Source of the DNA: Eledone cirrhosa
Taxonomy: Eukaryota
Direction of reading: 5' to 3'
NCBI GenBank assembly: GCA_964016885.1
Contig: OZ024743.1
Location: 281,294,001-281,358,000, forward strand
Length of the DNA stretch: 64,000 nucleotides
Each line of letters begins with the position of its first letter. Position 1 is the first letter of the stretch. The notes beneath the pieces were generated by a model. It did no database searches. It saw nothing but the letters and a program-made list of their open reading frames with translations, and was not told where the DNA came from. The translations under genes and the position numbers were made by a program. Positions 49,101-61,606 of the stretch are shown one piece after another.

Positions 49101-52100
49101 GGTTGGTGTTGTTGTAGTGGAGGTGGTGATGGTGGTGGTTGGTGTTGTTGTGGTGGTGATGATGGTAGTGGTTGGTGTTGTGGTGGTGATGGTGGTTGGT
49201 GTTGTTGTTGTGGTGGTGATGGTAGTGGTTGGTGTTGTTGTGGTGGTGGTGGTGGTGGTGGTGGTTGTTGTTGTTGAGGTGGTCGTGATGGTAGTGGTTG
49301 GTGTTGTTGTTGTGGTGGTGATGGTGGTGGTTGGTGTTGTTGTGGTGGTGGTGATGGTGGTGGTTGGTGTTGTTGTGGTAGTGGTGATGGTGGTGGTTGG
49401 TGTTGTGGTGGTGGTGGTGATGGTAGTGGTTACTGTTGTTGTGGTAGTGGTGATGGTAGTGGTTACTGTTGTTGTGGTAGTGGTGATGGTGGTAGTTGGT
49501 GTTATGGTGGTGGTGGTGATGGTAGTGGTTGGTGTTGTTGTGGTGGTGGTGATGGTGGTGGTTGGTGTTGTTGTTCTGGTGGTGATGGTAGTGGTTGGTG
49601 TTGTTGTGGTGGTGGTGGTGGTGATGATTGGTGTTTGTTGTGGTGGTGGTGGTGGTTGTGATGGTAGTGGTTGGTGTTTTTGTGGTAGTGGTGATGGTGC
49701 TGGTTGGTGTTATGGTGGTGGTGGTGATGGTAGTGGTTGGTGTTGTTGTGGTGGTGGTGATGGTAGAGGTTGGTGTTGTTGTGGTAGTGGTGATGCTGGT
49801 GGTTGGTGTTATGGTGGTGGTGGTGATGGTAGTGGTTGGTGTTGTTGTGGTGGTGGTGATGGTGGTGGTTGGTGTTGTTGTGGTAGTGGTGATGGTAGTG
49901 GTTGGTGTTATGGTGGTGGTGGTGATGGTAGTGGTTGGTGTTGTTGTGGTGGTGGTGATGGTGGTGGTTGGTGTTGTTGTGGTAGTGGTGATGGTAGTTG
50001 TTGGTGTTATCGTGGTGGTGGTGATGGTGGTGGTTGTTGTTGTTGTGGTGGTGGTGATGGTAGTGGTTGGTGTTGTTGTGGTAGTGGTGATGGTAGTGGT
50101 TGGTGTTGTGGTAGTGGTGATGGTAGTGGTTGGTGTTGTTGTGGTGGTGGTGGTGATGCTGGCTGTTGGTGTTGTTGTGGTAGTGGTGATGGTAGTGGTT
50201 GGTGTTGTTGTGGTAGTGGTGATGGTTGTGGTTGGTGTTGTGGTAGTGGTGATGGTAGTGGTTGGTGTTGTTGTGGTAGTGGTGATGGTGGTAGTGGTTG
50301 GTGTTGTTGTGGTGGTGGTGATGGTGGCGGTTGGTGTTGTTGTGGTAGTGGTGATGGTAGTGGTTGGTGTTGTTGTGGTAGTGGTGATGGTAGTGGTTGG
50401 TGTGTGGTAGTGGTGATGGTAGTGGTTGGTGTTGTTGTTGTGGTGGTGATGATTGTAGTTGTTGGTGTTGTTGTGGTGGTGGTGATGGTGGCGGTTGGTG
50501 TTGTTGTGGTAGTGGTGATGGTAGTGGTTGGTGTTGTTGTGGTAGTGGTGATGGTAGTGGTTGGTGTGTGGTAGTGGTGATGGTAGTGGTTGGTGTTGTT
50601 GTTGTGGTGGTGATGATTGTAGTTGTTGGTGTTGTTGTGGTGGTGGTGATGGTGGCGGTTGGTGTTGTTGTGGTAGTGGTGATGGTAGTGGTTGGTGTTG
50701 TTGTGGTAGTGGTGATGGTAGTGGTTGGTGTTGTTGTGGTGGTGGTGATGGTGGTGATTGGTGTTGTTGTGGTGGTGGTGATGGTAGAGGTTGGGGTTGT
50801 TGTTGTTGTGGTGATGATGGTAGTGGTTGGTGTTGTTGTGGTGGTGGTGATGGTGGTGGTTGGTGTTGTTGTGGTAGTGGTGATGGTGGTGGTTGGTGTT
50901 ATGGTGGTGGTGGTGATGGTAGTGGTTAGTGTTGTTGTGGTAGTGGTGATGGTGGTGGTTGGTGTTATGGTGGTGGTGGTGATGGTAGTGGTTGGTGTTG
51001 TTGTGGTAGTGGTGATAGTAGTGGTTGGTGTTGTTGTGGTAGTGGTGATGGTAGTGGTTGGTGTTGTTGTGGTAGTGGTGATGGTAGTGGTTGGTGTTGT
51101 TGTGGTGGTGGTGATGGTAGTGGTTGGTGTTGTTGTGGTAGTGGTGATGGTAGTGGTTAGTGTTGTTGTTGTGGTGGTGATGGTAGTGGTTGGTGTTGTT
51201 GTGGTAGTGGTGATGGTAGTGGTTGTTGTTGTTGTGGTGGTGGTGATGGTAGTGGTTGGTGTTGTTGTTGTGGTGGTGATGGTAGTGGTTGGTGTTGTTG
51301 TGGTAGTGGTGATGGTAGTGGTTGGTGTTGTTGTGGTGGTGGTGGTGGTAGTGGTTGGTGTTGTTGTGGTGGTGGTGATGGTAGTGGTTAGTGTTGTTGT
51401 TGTGGTGGTGATGGTAGTGGTTGGTGTTGTTGTGGTAGTGGTGATGGTAGTGGTTGGTGTTGTTGTGGTAGTGGTGATGGTAGTGGTTGGTGTTGTTGTG
51501 GTGGTGGTGATGGTAGTGGTTGGTTTTGTTGTGGTGATGGTGGTGGTTGGTGTTGTTGTGGTGGTGATGGTGGTGGTTGGTGTTGTTGTGGTAGTGGTGA
51601 TGGTGGTGGTTGGTGTTGTTGTGGTGGTGGTGATGGTGGTGTTTGGTGTTGTTGTTGTGGTGGTGATATTAGTGGCTGGTGTTGTTGTGGTAGTGGTGAT
51701 GGTAGTGGTTGGTGTTGTTGTGGTGGTGGTGATGGTAGTGGTTGGTGTTGTTGTGGTGGTTGTGATGGTGGTGGTTGGTGTTGTTGTGGTGGTGGTGATG
51801 GTAGTGGTTGGTGTTGTTGTGGTGGTGGTGATGGTAGTGGTTGGTGTTGTTGTGGTGTTTGTGATGGTGGTGGTTTGTGTGGTTGTGGTGGTGGTGATGG
51901 TGGTGTTTGGTGTTGTTGTGGTGGAGGTGGTGATGGTAGTGGTTGGTGTTGTTGTGGTGGTGGTGATGGTGGTGGTTGGTGTTGTTGTTGTGGTGGTGGT
52001 GGTGGTGGTGGTGATGGTAGTGGTTGGTGTTTTTGTGGTTGGTGTTGTTGTTGTGGTGGTGATGGTGGTGGTTGGTGTTGTTGTGGTGGTGGTGATGGTG

Positions 52101-53300
52101 GTGGTTAGTGTTGTTGTGGTAGTGGTGATGGTGGTGGTTGGTGTTGTTGTGGTGGTGGTGATGGTGGTGTTTGGTGTTGTTGTTGTGGTGGTGATAGTAG
52201 TGGCTGGTGTTGTTGTGGTAGTGGTGATGGTAGTGGTTGGTGTTGTTGTGGTGGTGGTGATGGTAGTGGTTGGTGTTGTTGTGGTGGTTGTGATGGTGGT
52301 GGTTGGTGTTGTTGTGGTGGTGGTGATGGTAGTGGTTGGTGTTGTTGTGGTGGTGGTGATGGTAGTGGTTGGTGTTGTTGTGGTGTTTGTGATTGTGGTG
52401 GTTTGTGTGGTTGTGGTGGTGGTGATGGTGGTGTTTGGTGTTGTTGTGGTGGAGGTGGTGATGGTAGTGGTTGGTGTTGTTGTGGTGGTGGTGATGGTGG
52501 TGGTTGGTGTTGTTGTTGTGGTGGTGGTGGTGGTGATGGTAGTGGTTGGTGTTTTTGTGGTTGGTGTTGTTGTTGTGGTGGTGATGGTGGTGGTTGGTGT
52601 TGTTGTGGTGGTGGTGATGGTGGTGGTTGGTGTTGTTGTGGTGGAGGTGGTGATGGTAGTGGTTGGTGTTGTTGTGGTGGTGATGGTGGTGGTTGGTGTT
52701 ATGGTGGTGGTGGTGATGGTAGTGGTTGGTGTTGTTGTTGTGGTGGTGATGGTGGTGGTTGGTGTTGTTGTTGTGGTAGTGATGGTAGTGGTTGGTGTTG
52801 TTGTGGTGGTGGTGATGGTGGTGGTTGGTGTTGTGGTGGTGGTGGTGGTGGTGGTGATGGTAGTGTTTGGTGTTTTTGTGGTTGGTGTTGTTGTTGTGGT
52901 GGTGATGGTGGTGGTCGTTGGTTTTGTGATGGTGATGGTGATGGTGTTGGTGGTGGTTGTGATGGTGGTGGTGGTGGTCGTCGTGATGGTGATGGTGGTG
53001 GTTGTGATGGTGGTGCCGTTGGAAAGGGTGCGCTGGTGACGGTTGTAGTGGTGATGGTGTGGTGGTGGTGATGACAGTGGTGATGGCGGTGGTATGGTGG
53101 TGGTGGTGGTGGTGGTGGTGTGGTTGTGGTGGTGGTTGGCTATAGTACAGCAGTTTTTGTTGTAGTTATTTTTATTATTGTTTTTACGACAAGCGTTGTT
53201 GTTGTTGTTATTGTTGTTGTGTTGGTGATGGTGGTGGTTGGTGATGGTGATGGTGGTGGTTAGTGGTGTGGTGGTGGTGTGGTGGTGGTGGTGGTGGTAT
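40174..53300. repeat. 13-kb (GGT/AGT/TGT/GAT) 27/30-bp minisatellite with higher-order repeats
   Basis: Same unit as 28728-33220, increasingly GAT-rich rightwards, with several frame-breaking indels. Confidence 0.95.
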
Positions 53301-53760
53301 GGTGGTGGTGGTGGTTGGCTATAGTACAGGAGTTTTTGTTGTAGTTATTTTTATTATTGTTTTTATTACAAGGGTTGTTGTTGCTATTGTTGTTGTTGTT
53401 GTTGCTGTGGATGTTGTTGTTGATGTTGATATTCTTGGTATTATTGCTGCTGTTATAACTGTTGTTGTCTTTGCTAATCTTATTTTTGTTAATGTTGTTA
53501 CTGTTGTTGTCACTGCTGCTGTTGATACTGTTGTTGTTACTTTTGTTGTTGCTTATCTTGTTTTTGTTACTATTGTTGTTGCTGTTGTTGTTGTTATTGC
53601 TGTTGTTGTTGTTATTGCTGTTTTTGTGGTTACTGATGTTATTGTTGGTGTTGTTGTTGTTGTTGTTGTTGTTAATGGTTTGGCGATAGGTTTTGCTATT
53701 GCCGTTGTTATTATTGGTATTCCTGCCATTTGTATTTATAGAGTAAGAATAGTGATAATT

Positions 53761-53797
<37 letters not shown>

Positions 53798-54040
53798 GGA
53801 GGAGGAGGTTGTGTTGTATGGAGTGGAATTTGTTGGTGTGGAGTATTAATTAGTAGGAGGAGTAGGAGGAGGACTAAGAGAAAAGGGAAGGGGTGGAGGA
53901 GAAGTGGGAGCTTGATGATGTTGATGATGATGATTATGATGGTGAAGGTGATGGTGGTGGTGATGATGATTATGATGTTGGTGGTGATGATGACGGTGAC
54001 GACGATGATGATGATGATGACGATGATGATGATGATGATG
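53300..54040. repeat. Degenerate (GTT)n, (GAT)n, (GGA)n trinucleotide tracts
   Basis: Direct reading. Confidence 0.9.
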
Positions 54041-54457
54041 AACATTAATAATGCTGAATGTATGAATGAAATGAAGGCTGGACTTATTAGTGTTAGAGTT
54101 TTACAGGAGAGAGGGGGGGGGGATCTTGCAGAACAACCATTCGTCATCTGACATGACAATGAGAGTTACGATGAAAGAAAGGTGACACAAAAGGACATCC
54201 ATTTGGTAAGTTTGGAGAAAAATTTGGGAGGGCAATGGATTGTAGAAGAGTTGGGTCAATGGAAATTATAAAAAGAGGGGCAGACAGCTCTGGGAACGAA
54301 TGAATAGTGTCATAGAATAGAGGAATAGAGGAATAGTGGGATAGAAGAATAGAACATGGGAAGTATAGGATGGAAAGAGAGAGAAAGCGACCGCAGAAGA
54401 ATGGAAAGAACAGAAAGAGGCGGTATATATTTATGTGTTTGTGGGGGGGGGGTCTAT

Positions 54458-54499
<42 letters not shown>

Positions 54500-54521
54500 A
54501 TACACACACGCACACACACAC

Positions 54522-54576
<55 letters not shown>

Positions 54577-54589
54577 CATATATGTATAG

Positions 54590-55315
54590 GTAAACTCTTC
54601 TCAGGCGGCCCGGGATTTCACCGCGGACGCTGGCGATAATTAACTGTCACTGCGAGGCTCGCCCGTGCGGTGACATGAATGAGTACCGCCGTGGGCGCCT
54701 GGGGATAGCGTCAAAGAACAACAACCTCATCCAGGTATTCAACACACTCTGCAGAGCCCGAGCCGGTCCCCGGATTAACAGATCTCTGGTGAAGGATACC
54801 AATGGCAACGTCATCCCCACTGAAACCACCTGCCCCGAACGCTGGAAGGAGCACTACAGCCTTCTTCTACATCACCCACCGGTCCCAATTGAACCCTGCC
54901 TAACCATCACCGCAGACACGGCTGCAGCCAACCACTCCTGCAGGCTCGATCCTGTCATTCCCGACGAAGTCTGAGCCGCCCTGAAGAAACTGGCAAAAAC
55001 ACAAGGCCCATGGAATCTGCATTATCACCTCAGGGATGTTGAAGGCAGGTGGAGATAACATGATCCAGTGGCTCACCCATATAATCAACCATGTATGGGT
55101 GTCAGAGCGGCTCCCAAATGACTGGACCCGAGGCATAATCCTCCCCTTCTGGAAACGGAAGAGCGACAAACTCGTCTGCAGCAACCTCAGGAGCATCACC
55201 CTTTCTCTCCATCCCAAGCAAGGTCTTCGCCAAGATCCTCCTCAACAGTGCTCTTCCTGCCATTAGAAGCGAACGTCGCCCACAAGCCGGATTCATGCCT
55301 AATCCACCGCCAGGT
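54590..55315 (+). pseudogene. RTE-clade LINE fragment (linker + RT start)
   Basis: ERWKEHY, EV*AALKKL, MLKAGG, LPNDWTRGIILPFWKRK..CSNLRSITL, KVFAKIL, QAGF. Confidence 0.85.
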
Positions 55316-55499
55316 AGGACAGTGAATCTAACGACTAATCTAGAACATCCCTCCTCTATCAAAAGAAAAAGCAACACTGCCATCTTCATTCTTCACACAC
55401 ACATACTTGACGCATTGAGTACCTCATTTAATTATGGTCTCTTTCCGTTCCTCAACAGAAAACCCTTCTACATAATGGCTGTCTACTCGTTAGACAAAT

Positions 55500-56435
55500 A
55501 TGACTATCACTGACACGTTGTCTTAGACCTGATTGTTCCTACGAAGGTGAGACCGACAGTGATTTTGAAGACGAAAAGAGACTTACAGAGTTTGCCGCAA
55601 AGACTGCAAGCTAAATACGTGTTTTTGTCCTGGCGGTTAGGGCTCTCAGGTGGAAGATCATTATGGGTTTTCAAATATCTTGTGGATGGTTCTGTGGTGG
55701 ATCTAGCATATTTTAACGCATACATCACAAGTAAACGGGTCTGCAATATCAAAATTGTGCATAATTATGCAGATTGTAATCTGTCGGCTAGTTGTATATA
55801 CAGTGGTGGACTGGGTCTAAAAATATTGGTTGCCAGATGAAGGGAGCGCACCTACATATATCATTTAATTTTTATAATGAATAAATAACATTTTCGAAAA
55901 ATACATAAGTGGAAACAAAACAGTGCAATCAAATTTTTGCGGAAAAATATCTTACCTTCTCCAATAAAAAATGTTCTATTTTTTGAAATCCAGAGACTTT
56001 CAATAATATTGACTCCTGTGGTGACTTTGGAATCCTGCGTTTGACATGCATATTCGGTCAAACTCTTGGCAAACAAACTGAGGAACAGCTGGGTTTACTT
56101 CCTCTCTCTTGCAAGAAACTGTTTTTATCTTTTCCCAGCTTATTGACTTTGCGTGGAATGTGCGACAACCTTTATATATGTTTTCTCCACTTGTTTCTGT
56201 TGCCTGTCTGTATTTCCCATTTATCCTTCATCCATCTCTCCGTAAAACATCTGCTTGGGGTTGCGACTATCAGCCAGTTGTACCAGAAGTCCTGTCCAGC
56301 GAGGGCGGTGCTTGTGTATATGAGCTTTTATGCTGAGTGTATCAGCTCGTTCCAGTATGTCTGTGTCTGGAACATATGAGATCCGGTGAATACCCAAAAT
56401 CGATCTTGGGGAGCTTAAGTGGAAGCGCACCATAG
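55500..56435 (-). pseudogene. Decayed RTE 3' fragment interrupted by a MITE
   Basis: RWTGLLVQLADSRNPKQMFYGEM and C2H2-like CSLCGKLCKS. Confidence 0.7.
55801..56005 (+). mobile_element. Tc1-type MITE family copy
   Basis: TA|CAGTGG start; homologous to 16257-16489. Confidence 0.7.
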
Positions 56436-56702
56436 ATGTGTATACATACATACATATGTGTGTGGATTTATTATTTTGCATTTTGACATCCATCAGTCAA
56501 AATCTACTCAGCAAAGCCTTAAATCACTCTAGATCTGTTACAAACATTGACGAAAGAGAAAGAAAAATGATAATACTTGCTGGAAAAATTATATTAAAAT
56601 ATGACAACGTCTTCTGTATTAAGAAATCCTTCCTCACACCATTTAACGTCAGTATGGTTGTTCACGATTCTGTCGAAATAAGCGATATCATAGACCTATA
56701 TA

Positions 56703-56884
56703 CGAGGGTCGGCTGAAAAGTTCATAGACTGACCAAGATATTTTCATGGAATGACCAAATGAGGTTTATTTTTCAACATAGTCTCTGGAAATAAACAATG
56801 CAGAGTTGAAATTAATGCATGCAAGGTCTCACAGCTCTAGCATCACTCTTTCAGTCAGCCTATGAACTTTTCAACCTACCCTCG
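56703..56884. mobile_element. Mariner-derived MITE
   Basis: TA|CGAGGGTCGGCTGAAAAGTTCATAGACTGAC ... GTCAGCCTATGAACTTTTCAACCTACCCTCG|TA. Confidence 0.88.
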
Positions 56885-57123
56885 TATATTGTCTAAAAAT
56901 GTAATACGTCATATAAAGCCTTTACCAGGACGATAGATTATTATTCACAAAGACACCTCAACAAACAATATTTTGACTGATTGAGTAAAAGATTACATTA
57001 TTTCATTACATACTCATCAATCCATCAACTAATAAGTTCTATTATCTAGAAAAATTTGTTAACTCGTGGAATTTTTTTATTATTTTCTCTCTGTCGTCTG
57101 ATAAACTATTATAACGAAGGGTT

Positions 57124-57340
57124 GGTGGATTGGCAGTATCGGTAGAGGGTCAGACGCCATGCTTTCCAGCATAGAGTTACGGCCCTTGCTATTCTGAGTT
57201 CAAATCCCGCCGAGGTTAACTTTGCCTTTCATCCTTACAGAGTCGATAAAATAAAGTACCAGTAATGCACTGTGGTTGATTCAGTTGACTTTCCCCGCCT
57301 CCAAAATTACTGGCCTTATGCCTAAATCAGCGACCATATT
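57124..57340 (+). mobile_element. tRNA-derived SINE, full length
   Basis: Homologous to 19165-19345, with A and B boxes. Confidence 0.85.
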
Positions 57341-57466
57341 TATTTCAATAATTCGATCTCAGCTCCAAAATTAATAAACAAGCAATTTCACTCACTACAA
57401 CAAAATATTGATTTATAACACTCTTAAATCTGCTCCGATCGATTTTTAAATCTCTCATAGGGTTAC

Positions 57467-57505
57467 TCCCTTGATAATGGGTTCTAAACCCGAAAATATT
57501 TGGGA
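57467..57505 (+). ncRNA. Minimal type I hammerhead, U3-A8 core variant
   Basis: TCCC-TTGATAA-T-GGGTT cta AACCC-GAAA-ATAT-TT-GGGA; palindromic helix III (AAUAUU) and one extra U before helix II. Confidence 0.65.
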
Positions 57506-58216
57506 TCGTTAAATTTTCTAAAGTAAGATTCTTTTGTTATTTTGGCAATTTAACATTCTTCATACGTATTGTGTCAGTCTTCAAAATTTAAATTTGTACT
57601 CTTAAACTGTCTTAACCGATCGCTCCATCTTTTATTAAACACTTGCTTCTTCCAACAACAATAAAACCAACAAACCAACGAATAACTATAAATGCAAAAT
57701 TCAAACACACAATAGATCTGAAATATATATAGGGTTAATATCAAACCAATTCAAAACCCGCTTTAAGCTGTACAACCTGCAGAATTACTTCAATCCTATA
57801 ACATACCTAAATTGATAAAACTTATATGAATTTTAATTATATTGCCTTCGGCAAACAAATAATATAATACATCAAAACAGCCACATCATCATAGAATTAT
57901 TTGCACATAAATAAAATTACAACACACCTGGAATACACGTTTACATGCACATCATAAAAAAAAATCTTACGAATTATAAAGGCATACGACAGAAATATAA
58001 AATTGAAAATTGAAAACATGAATGAACTTTAATATTTAAATGAATATAATAGGCCTGGAGGGAGTGGACTCTGACAGATTTTAAATGCCCCAAAATGCCG
58101 TATGTCAATACGACGCTCCTACGACTCCATCAGGAGTTACGGAACCATACCATACCAATACTGAAATAAAAATAGTGTGGGTAAAATAAAAGTATTGAAT
58201 ATAATCATTAGGTTCA

Positions 58217-58670
58217 ACTGATAAATAATTGTTTCTACTTTAGGTATAAGGCCAGCGATATTTTTGGGGGGCGGTGGGGGTCGATTAAATTGATCCCAGT
58301 GCATTACTGGTGCTTTATTTTATCGACCCCGTAAGGATGAAATGCAAAGTTAACCTCGGCGGGATTTGAACTCAGAACGTAACTGATAAATAATGATTTC
58401 TTATATAGGCAAAAGGCCAGTAATTTGGGGGAGGGGAAAATCGATTAAATCGACCCCAGTACGTACTGGTGCTTTATTTTATCGACCCCGCAAGGATGAA
58501 AGGCAAAGTTAACCTCGGCGGGATTTGAAACGATAAATAATTGTTTCTATTTTTGGCACAAGGTCAGCAATTATCCAGTGCATTACTGGTACTTTATTTT
58601 ATCGACCCCGTAAGGATGAAAGGCAAAGTTAACCTTGAAACGATAAATAATTGTTTCTACTATTGGCACA
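58217..58670 (-). mobile_element. Four head-to-tail 5'-truncated SINE copies
   Basis: Units start at about 58220, 58385, 58532 and 58642, each preceded by AAC(T)GATAAATAAT. Confidence 0.85.
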
Positions 58671-59729
58671 ATAATCGTAAGTAATGATTGGTTAAATCTA
58701 CACCCAATATATTACTGCTGGTCAAGTTATTGACGCTTTACAAAATAAAGAGTTGAATCAACGAACAAGAAACGGAACCTCTATGTGGTTGTTCAGCCTG
58801 CTAGAATTAGCAAACAAATTTTCCTCAAATCAACCCTCCTCTCTTAAAAATAGAAATGACACATTACATTGAATGATGTAGTCCTAGGTAAATAAAATGC
58901 GACGGCAACGGATGGAGCGCCTGAATGTTCGTGTGTGAAACGCTAGGATTGTCACAGCTAAACAACAACTATGGTTAAATTGATCCAGTGTAAATGAACT
59001 AAAATACGTGAAGCATTGAGCAGTGAGTTTGCCTTAAAGTACTCACTTCAATTCTATTGTCTATACCATCTTTTCCACCATAATATATTTAAATAATGTG
59101 CTCTTAATTAGGTCCGAAGCCTTAGATAAGTTGAGTTAAGTGTTTTGCTCTAGGGCATGCAACTCAATGCCTGCAGTCACAAGAGTAATGTAAAATAATT
59201 AGGTCATTTCGGCCTAAGAAAAAAAAATTTGATTATTTTTACATCGCCGCCAGAAAACAAAAGCATACTTATGGCACACAGTTACAAAACGTTGCAACAG
59301 ACCTAGAATATCCTCGGGACATACCATTGTGCCCTAATATACCATTTGGGAAACACTGGTTTAGTTTTTCCTTAATAACACAGATGATAAAGAAAACAAA
59401 AAGAAATATCTCAGAAAATTGTATTAGAAGAAAAAGTATATCTATTGTTGTATAAGAAGTGAATATAAGAATGTATATCCGCGCACAAAGACTTGATTCA
59501 ACGAATGAGGTTACAATGCAACAAACAGTTTAAGTAAGGGAAAGAACTCGACCATCCCATGTTATAATTAGGAAATGTAAAACTACTAAATTGACACCTT
59601 TATTTGGGGTAGGAAAGGAAATAAGGAGTTGTGAGATTGAAAAATCAACCGTAATACTCATAAAAAATCAACAGTAATACTCATAAACTGAAATTGGATT
59701 TTGTGTTTATGTAATTCAACATAACAATA

Positions 59730-60657
59730 CTGATTTTTTTCTTAGTTACACAGGGTTGACACCAAGAAAACATTGTAGACAGCACATGGTGATACAAAAT
59801 GGGGTTTTATTTTTTCATGTAAAAAAAAGTGATAACAGAAAACAATAAATAGGAAAAAAAAATTGAAACAAAAGAAAATTTACTAAAAAGGGAAAGCTTC
59901 CGAAGGTTACTCGTGGAGAAAGCCCACAAAAAACCATGATCACCCTGACCACCGAGGCAAGTACTCCCTCCTAGTTCTCCTCTTCCAATCTACAGAGCAT
60001 ATTCAGAGCAGGCCCCTTCAGTTAAGCTAGGCTCGCTACGCTCAGCCAATTTTCAACAAACTGGTTGGAAAGCAACACTTCTCTCTTCACTCTGATTTTC
60101 CTCTTCAAGTGAAACTTGAAAATGTTATACATGGTTTCACTGACGAGGAAGGCGTTTGTCCTCAACCCTTTCAAGTGCATTCACCACACAATCTCTTTCG
60201 TCATGGCCACCAGGAAGATAAAACAACCAGCCCTTCCCAGCTAAAGGAAGGTGATGGGGCGATCTTCACGGTAGACATAGCTGATATCCGGATCAGTCCC
60301 ACGCGTGACAGCAAATGTTCGACATCAACCCACAAGTCAGCAATGCTCGGATACAGAATGAGAACTAGCAAGAGAGTTTCGTTACTTTACATGATTCTGG
60401 GACAGGCCCAATCAACATCACTTCCATGCTTCTAGAATTTATCTCGAACTAACAATGCTCGCCGATAGCACTGCCAAAATAGGGATTTTTGGAAGTTATT
60501 CGTGGGCTCTGAACCGATAGTCCTCCGGGACAGAGCGGCTAGTTCATTTTCGTCGAAGCATTGTCTCCCCATAGAACGTCAAAGTAGTTTCCACCGGTCA
60601 TATTACCCAATTGGCAGAGGGCTGTGGGCGCTTGAAGACATTCCAGTTTCCAAAAGT

Positions 60658-60698
<41 letters not shown>

Positions 60699-61550
60699 CT
60701 ATCTGCAATCGGTGACCACATCATAGCCTCAGCGAACGTCTGTGCATCATCCTGCGACGGCATGCCCAATCCTTCACACAGAGCGTAGCCAAGGAATGAC
60801 TATTGCGGGTGATGCCTAGGTCACCCTGAACTTCACCAATCTTTGTTCACAATAGGGAGGCACCATAATAAAATCGTCGCTCCTCACTGGCGCTATGGAG
60901 TGTGATACCTGCACGGTGACAAGCATCTCTTTGACTATCTCAAATATTTTGCTTTGAACAATAAGGGTTTTGCTTCTCCACACGCATACCAATGACTTTT
61001 GTAGTTGGGCCTCGGTAACTCGTTCTACCCGGTGTGACTTCGCTCCAGTTATACGGTTATATACCGTACAACTGGAGTTTCTTCTGTGTTGTTGGTAGTT
61101 GTCAGTTGGCTTTGAAAACGTTGCGTTGTTTGCGTGTTGGCTGTTGGCTGGTTTGATGGTTAGCTGGCTCGATGGTTAGCCAAATGGTTGACATTTTTGT
61201 TGTTATTGCTGTTGTTTTTCTTATCCATGACGGTGGTTTTGTTGTTGTTGTTGTTGTTGTTGCTGCTGAGGCTGCGGCGGTGGCGGTGGTGGTGGTGGTG
61301 GTGGTTGGCTACGATATGTGGCATACTTAGCTCATGCAGACCTGTTGTTGTTCCGTTTTGTGAGTGCGGGAAGGCATCGGTTCCAATTTGTGGAAGTATG
61401 CAATATTTGAGCCAAGTATTAACTTTTCTTAGGGCTAAAAACCGCGCTCTATTTAGACTTTGCAACAAAAATCAAATAACGTTTTGAAAACAGGTGAAAA
61501 ACAACAAACTTACAGCTGCCAATTTGTTGACGTCTGAAGCAAAACAAGAG
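59730..61550 (-). mobile_element. Old internally deleted Tx1-like copy (ORF1 remnant + 3' end)
   Basis: 59880-60655 is homologous to 62100-62890. 60780-60900 translates IAPVRSDDFIMVPPYCEQR..WL, matching ORF1 LSPIRSKNFTFYPSYMGKR..WL. Confidence 0.7.
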
Positions 61551-61551
61551 C

Positions 61552-61582
<31 letters not shown>

Positions 61583-61606
61583 GTAATAATAGTAGTAGTA
61601 ATAATT

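Larger units (their letters stand above)
33250..53300. repeat. Tandem segmental duplication, copy B (with 3.8-kb PLE insertion and longer satellite)
   Basis: Same order of modules as copy A; interrupted at 35147-38945. Confidence 0.88.
56470..58050 (+). pseudogene. Heavily decayed PLE RT region with nested insertions
   Basis: ISQNLLSKALN..FNVSMVVHDSVEISDIIDLY aligns with the PLE ORF at 35779; the right boundary is uncertain. Confidence 0.55.

Noticed and set aside
28716-53071. Long poly-Val, GSGWCCC, HHHNNTN and PLPQQHQ ORFs (keratin-associated or His-rich look-alikes)
   Set aside because: Alternative frames of one triplet-based minisatellite; frames switch at indels and there are no unique domains.
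28728-53300. CRISPR-like or telomeric array
   Set aside because: No unique spacers and no TTAGGG arrays; eukaryotic minisatellite.
58060-58140. Minus-strand CTGATGG...AAAA-TCTG-TC (related motif near 5090)
   Set aside because: Two core mismatches without compensation.
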